Both the position numbers and the translations under genes were made by a program. A stretch of DNA of 59,435 nucleotides, counting the filler, from Asterionella formosa (lineage: Eukaryota): NCBI GenBank assembly GCA_002256025.1. It is 8 parts of 8 records of this genome, joined end to end, with 100 filler letters (N's around TTAATTAATTAA, not from the genome) between each part and the next. Parts side by side here need not be neighbours in the genome. Positions count along the whole stretch, not along the records: positions 29,790 to 37,127 come from NKIB01012472.1; positions 37,228 to 44,564 come from NKIB01012473.1; positions 44,665 to 52,000 come from NKIB01012474.1; 5 more parts are not named here. The stretch is one strand, 5' to 3'. Below the pieces are notes generated by a model. That model saw nothing but the letters and a program-made list of their open reading frames with translations. It searched no databases and had not been told where the DNA came from. Shown piece by piece: positions 34,747 to 46,340 of this stretch. The stretch's first letter is position 1. Every line of letters starts with the position of its first letter.

Positions 34747-36462
34747 ATGCAACGCATTAAGTGGCTATTCCTGCTCGTTTCTTCATCCGCATCAACATCA
34801 TGTCTGGCTATACGGGTGGCCGTCGTAGGCGGTGGCATCAGCGGAAGTTTCTTTGTGAAGTATCTGAGTGATTACGATGAAGGATCTTGCGCGTTGACCA
34901 AGGTCACAATCTTTGATCCGTTCCCAATGGGCGAGACCACCACCACCACGCAAGACGATTGGCAGGGATCACGAGTTTCCTCGACAATACTATCCGATGG
35001 AAGTGTCGTAGAGTTGGGCGCCTCTGTTTTTTACTCAGGCTTCCAACTTTTCGTCGACATGGTCATGGGTGATCCTTCGCTCGAGATGGGTGAAGCGTTC
35101 AACACTGGCCAGGAAAAGAGGCGACCAGAGGGGCTTCGAACTGGACTCGGAATATACGGAGGAAGCGGAGTATGGCATTTATTGACGGCCAATTCAACAT
35201 CAACCTTCAACAATCTCAAGATGTTTTGGCGCTACAATATTGACTTTTTTCGCATGATGTTCGCCACGAAGAGGGTGGAACGATCTTTCGCTCTCATGTA
35301 TCAAGTATTGGACAGTACTCATACTTCCACATTTTTTAACTCTCCTGATGAGATGTGGAAAGATGCGGGACTGATCAAACCCACGCATTCGTCATTTGAT
35401 GCATTTCTGGACTCAATTGGTCTCCAGAGGCAGCTCAATTGGTGGAGAAAATATTTACCGTACCAAGGGTTGCTACGGGACGAGCTGTTGACGGCCATCA
35501 ATCTCTGTAACTACAACCAAGCAAATTCTCAGGTTAACGGATTGGTAGGACTTGGATCTTTTGTTTCTCTCAAGGCAGCGTTGCTCAGTATAGTCGGTGG
35601 CAATCAGAAGGTTATCAAGTCAGCACTCCAACAAAGTCAAACAAATCACAAGCGGTTCTGCAAAAAAAATGTAATAACGCAATCGCAGAGCAGGGTGACG
35701 GCTGTCATCGCAGACTTGAATACGATGGAACTTTTCTCGAACGAACAATCGTTAGGAGAGTTTGATGTGGTCGTGCTAGCGGCACCTATGCAGCAAGCCC
35801 GAATCAATTTCTTTGTGAGATCAACAGTGGACAACGCCGTCATACTTCCTATGCCATTCCATTTGATTGATGCGGAAAATCCAGAAGACACCGGCGATGG
35901 ACATCCATTGATGCCCCATTCACTTCCTGATGTTGCAACAAGACCATACACCCAAGTAGTGACCACTGTCGTTAGTCATGGAGATCTCAATGCCACACGG
36001 TTTGGTTTGGAGAACAACGAACTTCCACGAGGAATCTATACCACGGAAGCAGGAAAAGCAGCAGAGAGTAACATCACTGCTATTTCTCAAATTACACCTG
36101 ACGGCGTCTACAAGATCTTTAGCTCAAACAGACTGAGTGACAGCGACCTACAAGAACTCTTTGGTACAAACCACACAGTTGAATTTACTAAGGTATGGGG
36201 TGGTCAGCATGGTGGAGCAACTCCAGATTACAGAGGTCAAGGAATGTCAATGGATTACCTTCTTTTCGACGCTGGAGTAGGGCTAAAGGGAACGAAACAG
36301 GAAGGATCTGCGCTGTATTACGTGAATGCTATAGAAGGGTCAATGGCTTGTATGGAGCTTAGTGCTATCGGGGCAAAGTCTGTTGCAAAGCTGGTGGCTC
36401 GACGACTAGGAATCGTCCAAAGTTGGGAAAATGGTGAAGATGATGGGAAGAATGAGCTTTAG
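34747..36462 (+). CDS. PCYOX1: Prenylcysteine oxidase/lyase (FAD-dependent)
   Basis: Signal peptide, RVAVVGGGISG, VELGASVF, NYNQ, GGNQKV, YYVNAIEG..CMELSAIGAKSVAKL; C-terminal KNEL. Confidence 0.88.
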   Translation: MQRIKWLFLLVSSSASTSCLAIRVAVVGGGISGSFFVKYLSDYDEGSCALTKVTIFDPFPMGETTTTTQDDWQGSRVSSTILSDGSVVELGASVFYSGFQLFVDMVMGDPSLEMGEAFNTGQEKRRPEGLRTGLGIYGGSGVWHLLTANSTSTFNNLKMFWRYNIDFFRMMFATKRVERSFALMYQVLDSTHTSTFFNSPDEMWKDAGLIKPTHSSFDAFLDSIGLQRQLNWWRKYLPYQGLLRDELLTAINLCNYNQANSQVNGLVGLGSFVSLKAALLSIVGGNQKVIKSALQQSQTNHKRFCKKNVITQSQSRVTAVIADLNTMELFSNEQSLGEFDVVVLAAPMQQARINFFVRSTVDNAVILPMPFHLIDAENPEDTGDGHPLMPHSLPDVATRPYTQVVTTVVSHGDLNATRFGLENNELPRGIYTTEAGKAAESNITAISQITPDGVYKIFSSNRLSDSDLQELFGTNHTVEFTKVWGGQHGGATPDYRGQGMSMDYLLFDAGVGLKGTKQEGSALYYVNAIEGSMACMELSAIGAKSVAKLVARRLGIVQSWENGEDDGKNEL

Positions 36463-37127
36463 TACCTATAGTTACATGATAACATTTGGTCAAATCGATA
36501 ACATTTGTCAGATAATCTGAAAATTGCATTTTTTAACAAACTAATTACGCTCGTTCCAGCTCTCCGGATTCCATGGCTTAGTTTGATTCGAACCATGTAG
36601 ATATAGCACGTGAGTGTCACAGTTGTTCTTGCAATCTCAGGTCACCCTATCACTCCAAGCCTTCATCTTTCATGGTTCTCAATTCTCAATTTATAGCCAG
36701 CCATTTCCTCCTATTATTCCGAGTTTATTTTGAATGAGTAAGTACCGGTACGTCCATGCCAGGCAGGTTGCCATACCGGTACACAATACGCACCGCTATT
36801 TACGTCGGCCTTCTCCCAGGTACCCTGGAACTGGTACCGGTATTCTTGAACAGGTTACCGGTACCAGTAGCTAGTGAGCGATCTTGCGCATCAATACAGA
36901 TGTATATAGGGTTAGTGTTATATCATATATGAATAAGAACTCAATAATGAGAGAACTCGACTAACCCTCATTGTATACTTTGGTGTCGACTTGGAGAACG
37001 AGTTACACACAAGGATTAACAAATAAGCTCATATATTCAACAAATACTACTACTTCTAGTTAGATACTTCACTTTGAATTCAAAAAGAGTCCAATTAGAA
37101 TTAATATTGTTGATGTCCTCTCAAGTT

Positions 37128-37227
37128 NNNNNNNNNNNNNNNNNNNNNNNNNNNNNNNNNNNNNNNNNNNNTTAATTAATTAANNNNNNNNNNNNNNNNN
37201 NNNNNNNNNNNNNNNNNNNNNNNNNNN
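37128..37227. other. Artificial contig linker
   Basis: N run with TTAATTAATTAA. Confidence 0.97.
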
Positions 37228-37324
37228 TAGGTGAGTCGCTCCCCAACCACCTTTCGCAAAAGGTGATTGTCTTTGGTTAGCATAGGTGAGTCCCCAACCA
37301 CATTTCGAGAAAGGTGATCGTCTT
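37228..37324. repeat. Two imperfect tandem copies of a hairpin-containing unit
   Basis: taggtgagtc..ccccaaccacctttcgcaaaaggtgat at 37228 and a variant at 37283. Confidence 0.75.
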
Positions 37325-37435
37325 CGTAGCTGCAGCATTAGGGGAAACTCCGACACCCTAGGAAGGCGGCACAAGATGCATATACTAGGGGGGAAACCCA
37401 CTATTTTATATGCACACCAGGCAAGACCGCCGTGT

Positions 37436-37540
37436 GGGACTGCTTAGTGGTGGTTTAGCACGTTGCCTTTGATCTGAGGTTCTGAGGTCCAACCCCCGCC
37501 ATTTTTTTGAGAAGCAATTGTTGGGTTCGACTCCCACACT
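37436..37540 (+). other. tRNA-derived or Pol III-like sequence (possible SINE head or pseudo-tRNA)
   Basis: A-box-like tgcttagtgg, B-box-like ggtccaaccc, T7 run at 37502-37508, T-arm tggg-ttcgact-ccca at 37522-37536. Confidence 0.35.
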
Positions 37541-39713
37541 CCTTACAGGCATAGATAATAGTAGAATACATTAACCAACAGCTGTATAACAATAATGACT
37601 GTACATATGCAACAATGTGCGAAGTACTAGTACGGTATATATGATATGAATTGATAAGATATTGAATATACATGTACATGAACCTGGAACAGGTTTACCA
37701 GTTGTGGTAGCTACAGGTAGTAGTAACAACATCATCACAATGATGATATGCCGCCTAGTAGTATGGTAAACAGATATATCATGATTAATAAATCAATTGT
37801 TGTTTTCAGTAAAAGATGGGGAATTATGTGCGATTCATTTTGTAAATGTACACCAGTAGAACATTCCTACTATAATGTTCATTTTTATTTGTGTACCACC
37901 TGAAACCTTCACCCTCCTAGTCAAACATTTGTAAAAGCAGGGTTGTTATAACCTATTTTTACTATTGGTACTTCTTCTTCGATGAGTTTTCACTGAAATT
38001 TTAGTGAAGCTTGTTATAACAAATGCCTACAGTACTTTCTTTTTCTCCTTAATTATTTTGGAAAAATATTCCATTGAGATGATATCCCTCAAGCACAATG
38101 TAGCATTTGAATACAATAGTTGTTATTATGGTAGCATCAGTGACCTAATAAACATGTTTAAATAAGGATAACAAAGCACAGGAATTATTGATATTATAAT
38201 ATATTATGGGGCCATAAAACTTTTTTGCCAATTATAAAGGCGAGTTTAAGAAAGACTACCACAGTAGTAATACAGCGCTGATCACAGAATTTAGTGGTAC
38301 ATAAGCTGCAGGGATCTCCGGGTCCCCATAGTTAATAAATCCTAAAAACGACCGATTCATCATGATGAAAGGCGCTATCCAAGTGGCCAAGAAAGAACAA
38401 CTCATACAGGTGGGACAGAACCATAAGATAGTAAAGAATTCCGACAGAAAGAGAATGCAGAAAGAGGAGGAGATGAAAAAGTAAACAAGGATTACCGCAG
38501 GAGCAGTGAAAACCAGTGATTGCATGGATGTTGATTTGGCATAAACTTTTGGTACCAGGTACATGTGTACCTCTAGAGTAGATGTAGCAATGCTCTGCTT
38601 AAATTTTCTTTTAAATATAGAGTGCACCTATAGCTCATGGACTGACATAGAGAGTCCACGAAACCCTGCCTCCTTTATACTGTTGACAACTAGTATGTAA
38701 TGGGAACCTTCGGATTCTGGCCTCTGTGAGTCTCCAACGAGGACTGATGGAACAATAGTGTACATAAATACCGGTAGCACGTTACTTTGTCTACGTCTAG
38801 AAAATTGTTGGGTGTTCTTTGGTGCCACCTCGAGAAAATGTGCAGGAGGGGGGGGGGCCCAGCAACCTCCTCAGTCAGGGGTTTGTACTACTGAATTATA
38901 CCCCGGTACCAGGTACCGGTACCCCTGGCACTTATGGATTCCTCCGTGGGTGTGGGATATGCATGTTGAAGCATCTTAAATGTATGTACCAGGTATTATT
39001 CATTTACAAGTACCTACCGGTATGTCGACTGAAAACAAATGGTAATCTAGTGGTTGAATTCATCGAGAATTCTCAAATGATGCATGTCGCATGTGACATC
39101 GATGAAAACTACCGGTACCTGTTATGTTACTTTGACGAGTGGAAGTCTCTATGTAGGCACGAAAAAGAGATGATTCATGGGCAAATACCGGTATGTAAAG
39201 TCACCATCTTTGTTGTCATCGTACCGGTAATCTTTTTCGTGGTACCTGGTACCTGGTACAGCATGATGTACATCTCCGCAGTGTTTTTCAATGTTACATG
39301 AGTGGAAATCTCTATCCACGAAAAACAAGAACGACCGATGTAACATTTCAAAAAGAAACCAACAAACCGGGGAATTTCAGGGGCATAAGTTGTGGACATT
39401 TTCGTGGTCCTACTTTTCCGCGAGGTTTTATGAATGTAGTATTGGCACAGGTAACGTAAATTACGGATGACATTGTTCGTTGCCTTCTCAATCAAAGCCA
39501 TATATATCTATATTTATGTATAGTTATATGTTGAACCATTGACATTGTTCAGTGCCTTCTCAATCAAAGCCATTTGTACCTGTATCTAGGCATATATGTT
39601 GAACAATTTATATATGGATCGTCCACATGTAAAGGCACTGACATTTATTTGACAAATACCAAAACCATCATATTTGTTGCCTTTGAAACCCGACATTGTT
39701 ACGAAGTAAACTC

Positions 39714-39756
39714 GCTCCCTCTCCCTCTCCCTCTCCCTCTCCCTCTCCCTCTCCCC
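39714..39756. repeat. (CTCCCT)n microsatellite
   Basis: Direct observation. Confidence 0.9.
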
Positions 39757-40035
39757 AGATAAGGAAAAGGTCAAAGAGCTCAACTCAAGCAGCAGCATCA
39801 TTTTGCTGGAAAGACCAATGGTGTATTTGTTATTGACAATTGCAACATGATTTGTTACAGCAAAAATGCAAAGGCTCACAATCAGCAACAGCAGCAACAA
39901 CAACGCCGCTTTGGTGATGTTCTTCAATCATGGGGAAAGAAGAAAGTTCCTGTAAAGATCGTCTCAAGAACACCAGTAAGGAGCTTTCTTAAAAGGCTTT
40001 ACGTCGCAGCAACAGCAGCATCAACTCATTCGGAT

Positions 40036-42848
40036 ATGAACAATTGCTCAGTCAATGTATGGCACTCTAAATTAACAGTAGCCGCTGTTTCTACTGTGGG
40101 AATAATGGTATTACTCATCATTATTCGACATTCCCGTCAACAAAGGTACGGTTTTTTCTTCGACTACTATTGGTTCATCTCTTTTGTGCTGCTTTCGTTG
40201 AATGATCTCATTACCACTTATTTCCTTCTCACCACAATCATAATCCATCAACATCCTTTAGAAAATCCAAGCAATCCGAAGCAGCAGTTGCTGCTGCTAC
40301 TTCTGCATCATCCAAATTACAAAACAAGACATTACCACCACCAGCAGCAGCAGCAGCAGCAACAACAACATCATCATCAGATGCCAGAGCTGTCTCCCTT
40401 TCGAACAACAACAACAACAACAGCAATAGTGACGGCGATGATTGGCTAATAGCAGTACCAACATCATCCACTATTACTACTAGTCGAGCGAAGCCACAAC
40501 TTTCTATTGCCAAGCCATGCAATCAACCATTATCATCATTGTCTCAAGGACATCATCATTCATCATCAATCAATCGATCATTGAGTGTAATGGAATTAAT
40601 TGGCCTTCCTGACACTACTACTGCTATGATTATGGATGACACGATATCACATCATTCCAGCATTAGTGGTACAAGCAGTAATATCCTGTCATTTCGACAA
40701 GTACAACAACATCATGCACTTCATAGCCGATCCAACAGTTTGGGAAGTTGTTGTTCCTGTGATTCATTTAGTACATTAGGAACTCAAACTAATGATGCAT
40801 CCTCCCCTTCTTCTTGTGCTAAATATGTTATGATATACTTTGCAACACAATCAGGAACATCCGCATATTATGCATCACAATTATTTCGAGAAGGTCAAGG
40901 GATGGGATTTGATATTGGTGTACGGTCTATCAAGTCATTGGCAGATGCCATTAAGGAGGAAACAACAACTACTACTACTGTTGCTGCTGCTGCTGAACCA
41001 CCAGAAGTTGCCATCCGACGTATCATGATTCCTCATCAAACAATTTCAGGGAAAGAGCGTGGTCGTGCTGTCTTTTTAGTATCTACATATCATGATGGAG
41101 GCCCCACAGATGATGCTAAAGAGTTTGTGGATATATTGAATGGATTGTTGGAATCAAAAAACACAACATGTTTGAAGGGGTTGCGATATTCAGTATTTGG
41201 CTTTGGAGACTCGTCGTATGGACAATCCTACAATATCCAAGGAAAATTGTATGATCGTATACTTCATGAATTGGGAGGAAAGAGAGTAGTACACGCAGGA
41301 GTTGCAGATGCCAAAAAGGATGTGGACTATGACTTTGAGAGTTGGAAGTGGAAGGTATTTTGGCCTAAATTTGCCAATCTTTTGGCCAAGGATTGTCGAG
41401 TCTTGTCAAAGGTGGATTCAGGAGAAGCGTCCGTCGAAACCACGAAGAAGGGTAACAACACTTCGTCCGCGAGGAGAAATTCATTTCTTGCAAGTGGTGG
41501 AGATACGGGACCATCATCTACTGAGTTTGACCTTGAAATCGTGGAAACAAATAGTATCCGGCAATGTTGCAATGGTGGACTAGGGAAAATTCACCCAGGG
41601 TCTCGCCATTTGATAAAGGGGGTAGATTGTCAAGTCAAATCGGTAACGGCGCTGTGGCGAGCTCCAGATGCTCCTGTTACAGGCTCTGTTGTGCACATTG
41701 AATTTGACCTGATGTCGTTTAATGATTTGGGACCACTCAAATACGTTACTGGCGACAACATTGCAGTTTTACCGGTAAATCCAGCAACTGTGGTTGATGC
41801 TGTAGCACGACATTTGGACTATACGCTGGATGCTTCCTTTGTGCTCGTGCCAAAGAGAGGTAGCACGATCACAGACTTTTATCCCAAACTTCCAACACCG
41901 TGTACAGTACGAGAGTATCTATCACTATATGCAGAACTGGGGTTACCTCCACGAAGGGTCACGATTAGAATCCTTTCAAAATTTGCCACACTATCAAATG
42001 AGCGTGACGAGCTTTACAGACTTTCATCCAAGAAAAACTACCAACTGTACAAGACTAAGATTGTCAATGAGCACATTGGACTCGGCGAGATGATTACGAA
42101 ATACTATCCATCGATTCGAATTCCATTGATCAATTTCATTGAAATGTGCTCGGCACTGCAACCTCGATGGTACAGCGTTTCCTCTTCCTCACTCGTCGAT
42201 CCTAAAACGCTGAGTTGCACCTTTTTCGTTGTGGCTCTGCCTCGTTCCGTCGATGACTCTAAATGTTATGGAATATGCTCGAATTATATGGCCAACCTAC
42301 GGGAAGGAGACGCAGTACGGATCATGAAGATGGGATCGTCGGGCTTTGTCGTGCCACAAAATCCCAGGTCTCCATTGATTATGATATCCAATGGTACAGG
42401 TGTGGCCCCCATGCGTGCATTGTGCCAAGAACGGCACTATCAAAAGACTATATTGAATGCAGATGTAGGGCCAACGGAACTTTTCTTCGGTGTTCGAAAC
42501 CGCAATGCTGACTTTTTGTTCAAATATGAATTTGCAATGTACCTTGAGAGCGAGTCATTGAGCGGGCTTCATTTGGCGTGCAGTCAAGAGCAAGAAGAAA
42601 AGGTTTATGTTCAGCACCTGTTTAAGGAGCAGGAGGATCATATTTGGGAGATGCTAGACCTCCAAGGAGGCTATATTTATGTCTGTGGAGCGAGTACCAT
42701 GGGATCCGACATTGAAGTTATTCTACGAGGACTTGTCGCTCGGAAGCTTGGAGGTACCGCGATCTCAGTGGAGGCATACATGGAGAATTTGGTAAGAGCC
42801 GGTCGTTATATCCGTGAGGGGTGGACGTTAAAGGTAGATGAGTTGTAA
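40036..42848 (+). CDS. NADPH-cytochrome P450 reductase-like diflavin oxidoreductase; exons 40036-40145 and 40262-42848 (start could be 39847)
   Basis: N-terminal TM; FMN motifs YFATQSGTS, FLVSTY, VFGFGDSSY; FAD motifs PRWYSVSSS, GICSNY; NADPH motifs GTGVAPM, KVYVQH, IYVCG; the GTACGG..TTTAG intron joins in frame. Confidence 0.88.
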
Positions 42849-42932
42849 AATGGATGTCATTGTTTTATACATTGATAAGGACACTTCCCGTCAGTCGATT
42901 ATGTTGAACGAATGTTGTTCACACAAGGAAAT

Positions 42933-44555
42933 CTATAGCTCCACGTTTGATCTGCTTTCTCCTGTCTCGCGTTGCTGATCTTTCATCATTTTGTCATTAG
43001 TAATGTCTACATCATTTTCGAAGGTACTATCACTTATACTCGATGCTTCTCTTGCCACTCGTATTGAATCCTTCTCATTCCCTGCCATACCAGTTCCGAC
43101 CATGTCATCATCACATACAAATTCTTGAATCAATCGTTTCCGAGTTGACGAGAATCCCATATTAGGAAGGATATCCGCCTGCAACATGAAGAAATTGAAT
43201 CGAAGTAGTTTCCGTTCTGGATGATTGACAACATCATGTTCCACATCCCATTGATAGCATAGATAATTCCAAAGGGCATTATGCTCTTCATTTCCCATTT
43301 CTCCCAAGTATGGAAAGGATCTCCATCGTCCTGGTCGTGCATCGTATGTAGTTGTTGTTGTTGTTGACGACCCACTACTTTTTGGCATGTTCCAATCAAC
43401 ATTTGTTGAAAAACGTCCCCATACATCTACAATGGATCCATCTGCCAATCGACCAGGAGCAATTTCCCAAGTGACATATTCTTCAGCCCCAGTAAATACA
43501 TTCCATCGATTATGAAGGAGTGTACTCCAAATATGTGTCATGGCTTGATGGCCACTACTACATTGAATGGACATGGTATCAAGCCATATTGAACCAAATA
43601 CAAATGGTAGAATGAAGAGGGCTTGGTAACAATAGTGCCACCTTTTTCCACCAGACGGTTCGAAGGGATTCTTATTTGTTGTTGATGCTATCGGTTGATG
43701 TTGCAAAGGAAGAAATACAATCCAAGATACGCATGCTGCAAGACTGAGAAGGACAGTATTCCAGACAGTGATTGCAATACCAATATGAAGGGAACAAATA
43801 ATGGCCACTACAACGTTCACGATCCTATTCCAACCAAAGTAAGATGCCAAAAAGGCTACAGGTGCAGATAATAATTCGACATATACAACAGTCGGTGTCA
43901 AAAGTCGCAACCCTTGTGGCTTGAGCAAGGCGTAGAGGTAGGATGCTCCCAGTGTGTGACGAGCATAAGTGTCCAAGGCAGGGAGGGGGTCGGCACTATA
44001 AGTCCACCCACCTAGTGGATCATTGTACTTTCCCAACCCAGCATCCAAGTAAATCCATGTTACTTGAAGTTTGAGTGCCACAGTAGCGAATGAAAGAATT
44101 CTACCGGGGTTGTTTGTTTTCCGTTGAGGGCAAATTGAAATAGCCCAGCAATGATCCAAGGGCAGAAACATGGCATAAAAGAGCAAGTAGTGATAGTATC
44201 GATCCAGAATAAAGCTCAGCCATGTATTTCTCAATGTCAAGCTGAAGTATAGGAACCAGCTGATGATTGCCATGTATCTGGTTTTGTATCCAATGGCAAG
44301 GCCAAATGCAAAGGCACATTGGAGGCCAAGCAATAGTTGCTGAACCATGAGCTGTCCAGAGAGACAATGCACGCACATTAGTTTGTAAATGGCATCGACA
44401 TTGGGAATTAGTACACTTAGTGGATGCGTTCCTTCATCTGTATAAAAGGCATGGAGGAAGCGAAACCTGAGCAGGAGCTCCGCCAACAAGATGGTACCCA
44501 GAGCTATCCTATACAACGCCAGCGCTTTTGTGGTGCAGCCAAAGACAGCTTTCAT
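42933..44555 (-). CDS. HTTM-domain multi-pass membrane protein (5' end possibly truncated)
   Basis: LALYRIALG, FYTDEG, GYKTR, LRN..D, IYLDAGLGK, RWNVF pattern; many TM helices. Confidence 0.75.
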   Translation of the reverse strand: MKAVFGCTTKALALYRIALGTILLAELLLRFRFLHAFYTDEGTHPLSVLIPNVDAIYKLMCVHCLSGQLMVQQLLLGLQCAFAFGLAIGYKTRYMAIISWFLYFSLTLRNTWLSFILDRYYHYLLFYAMFLPLDHCWAISICPQRKTNNPGRILSFATVALKLQVTWIYLDAGLGKYNDPLGGWTYSADPLPALDTYARHTLGASYLYALLKPQGLRLLTPTVVYVELLSAPVAFLASYFGWNRIVNVVVAIICSLHIGIAITVWNTVLLSLAACVSWIVFLPLQHQPIASTTNKNPFEPSGGKRWHYCYQALFILPFVFGSIWLDTMSIQCSSGHQAMTHIWSTLLHNRWNVFTGAEEYVTWEIAPGRLADGSIVDVWGRFSTNVDWNMPKSSGSSTTTTTTYDARPGRWRSFPYLGEMGNEEHNALWNYLCYQWDVEHDVVNHPERKLLRFNFFMLQADILPNMGFSSTRKRLIQEFVCDDDMVGTGMAGNEKDSIRVAREASSISDSTFENDVDITNDKMMKDQQRETGESRSNVEL

Positions 44556-44564
44556 TCCTCCTCT

Positions 44565-44664
44565 NNNNNNNNNNNNNNNNNNNNNNNNNNNNNNNNNNNN
44601 NNNNNNNNTTAATTAATTAANNNNNNNNNNNNNNNNNNNNNNNNNNNNNNNNNNNNNNNNNNNN
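44565..44664. other. Artificial contig linker
   Basis: N run with TTAATTAATTAA. Confidence 0.97.
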
Positions 44665-44949
44665 TAAATCATCATGGTTTTAGGATTGTACAATTGTGAA
44701 ATTGAAAGAGAGTAGTCGGAGTAGTAAGCGAGCAACAGAACACCATATGTTCATGACTGCTGCTACTGCAGCGGGACAGTAAATCATCATATTTTTAGTA
44801 TTGTATAATCGTATAATTGAAAACAAGATATGCTATTACTCAAACTCGGTTCTGATTTTGTATATGATAATGTAATTAGATAGCACTGTTGGTTTTATGG
44901 TATCATATCTAGACAGCGTAAAATATTATATGTAGTGGCTGATGATTCA

Positions 44950-46340
44950 TTCCCTTATAGCTTGCAACACCTGATTTTAAGATCATCGAACTTTAAGGAA
45001 GATAACGACAACAGTTATCTAGTAGTACAATGTCTTCAAAAAACCATTAAGAGGTTCATGGAACAAACAAGCAAGATGTGGCAAATACTTTCGGTATGGA
45101 ACAAAGAAGCAAGTACCAAAATGAGTTAACAAAGAAAAAGCGAATAGGCAATTATCCAAAGGAACCGAATCGGCGACAGGGAGTTAGTGGGGGTACTATC
45201 CCATTGTCGATGGGGACACCATCAGCTACTAGTACAAAGGCTCCCGTAATTGATACTAAAAGCGATGATGACGATTCTTTTTCAGTTGTTGATACAAGAA
45301 AAATGGCTCCTGTCGATGATACTATGAATGTAACTGAGGGTGTTTCAACAGAAATTGATTTCGAAGGAATGATTCCGGATACAATAATGTTGCCTAGTAG
45401 GTCGCCTGAAAATTTTGGAATATCGCCTACCAAAATCCATTCACGAGCCCTTCCTGTTAAAGTTCAATTTGCTCTCTGCTTCATCATCAAATGGTCTATA
45501 GACTATAGCAGGTGTCCCTACTAGTAAGATTGGGCATGTATCAAGGAGTAAGGATGCACCCTTGGCTCAATTGGTTCATTCTGATTTACCAAAGGGGGCC
45601 AACTACGTACAGAGCATTGCGAATGCAGGAATAGAAATAGCAAGAATCAAAAGTCTTGAAGATGGGGTTGGGCCTGTTTCCATTGTAAGGATTGACTTTT
45701 CTTATCATGTTAAAAAAGAAAGTAACGTTCCCGGCCAAACTACTATTCTCAGATGCCATCCGAAATGGAATAATGATTCAAATGCAGGAATCTCTGGTCG
45801 TAAATGGTTTGACTGGGTTGAAGTGAACTGGGAGAAAGGAGATGGATCAAGTTCCTAAACAGTTGAGTTCCGGCAAAACTACTTCTTTGGGAAAATTTTA
45901 TTTTCTCCAACACAACAACAATTCTCCTAGAGTGTATTCATTCCTTTAAAAGTTCAACTGAAATGAAAAATAATTCATAAACATATGTTTTTTGCAAGAA
46001 GAGACACCTTATGCAATGATACAACAGAATTGAGCGTTGTTGAATTTCATAACATGATGGTTATATACCATCTGAAGGGAGCAACTTCTTCATTCATTTG
46101 TTGGATCATGGATTTTACCTTGACAACATCATCGATCTTGAAAGATGAATTGCAAGGAAGACGTCCAAATACTTCATTCAACATTTTTAAATCTAAATAG
46201 GAGGTCAAAATTTTTTCGATACAAAATTGAAGAACAGTTATTTCCAACTGAAACTTATCCTCATGAATGTTTGTCGTTGTCACTTGAGGCCAAACTGTTC
46301 CAAGATGAAAGTATGTTGACTTGGTTGGTGGGTCAGATGT
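44950..46340 (+). pseudogene. Degenerate DNA-transposon ORF remnant (Plavaka/CACTA-like C-terminal region)
   Basis: LRCHPKW...RKWFDWVEVNW followed by a frameshifted PAKLLLW; multiple stops and frameshifts. Confidence 0.5.

Noticed and set aside
38290..38545. Lys/Glu-rich stop-interrupted plus-strand frame
   Set aside because: Too short and low-complexity to assign; possibly a TE tail
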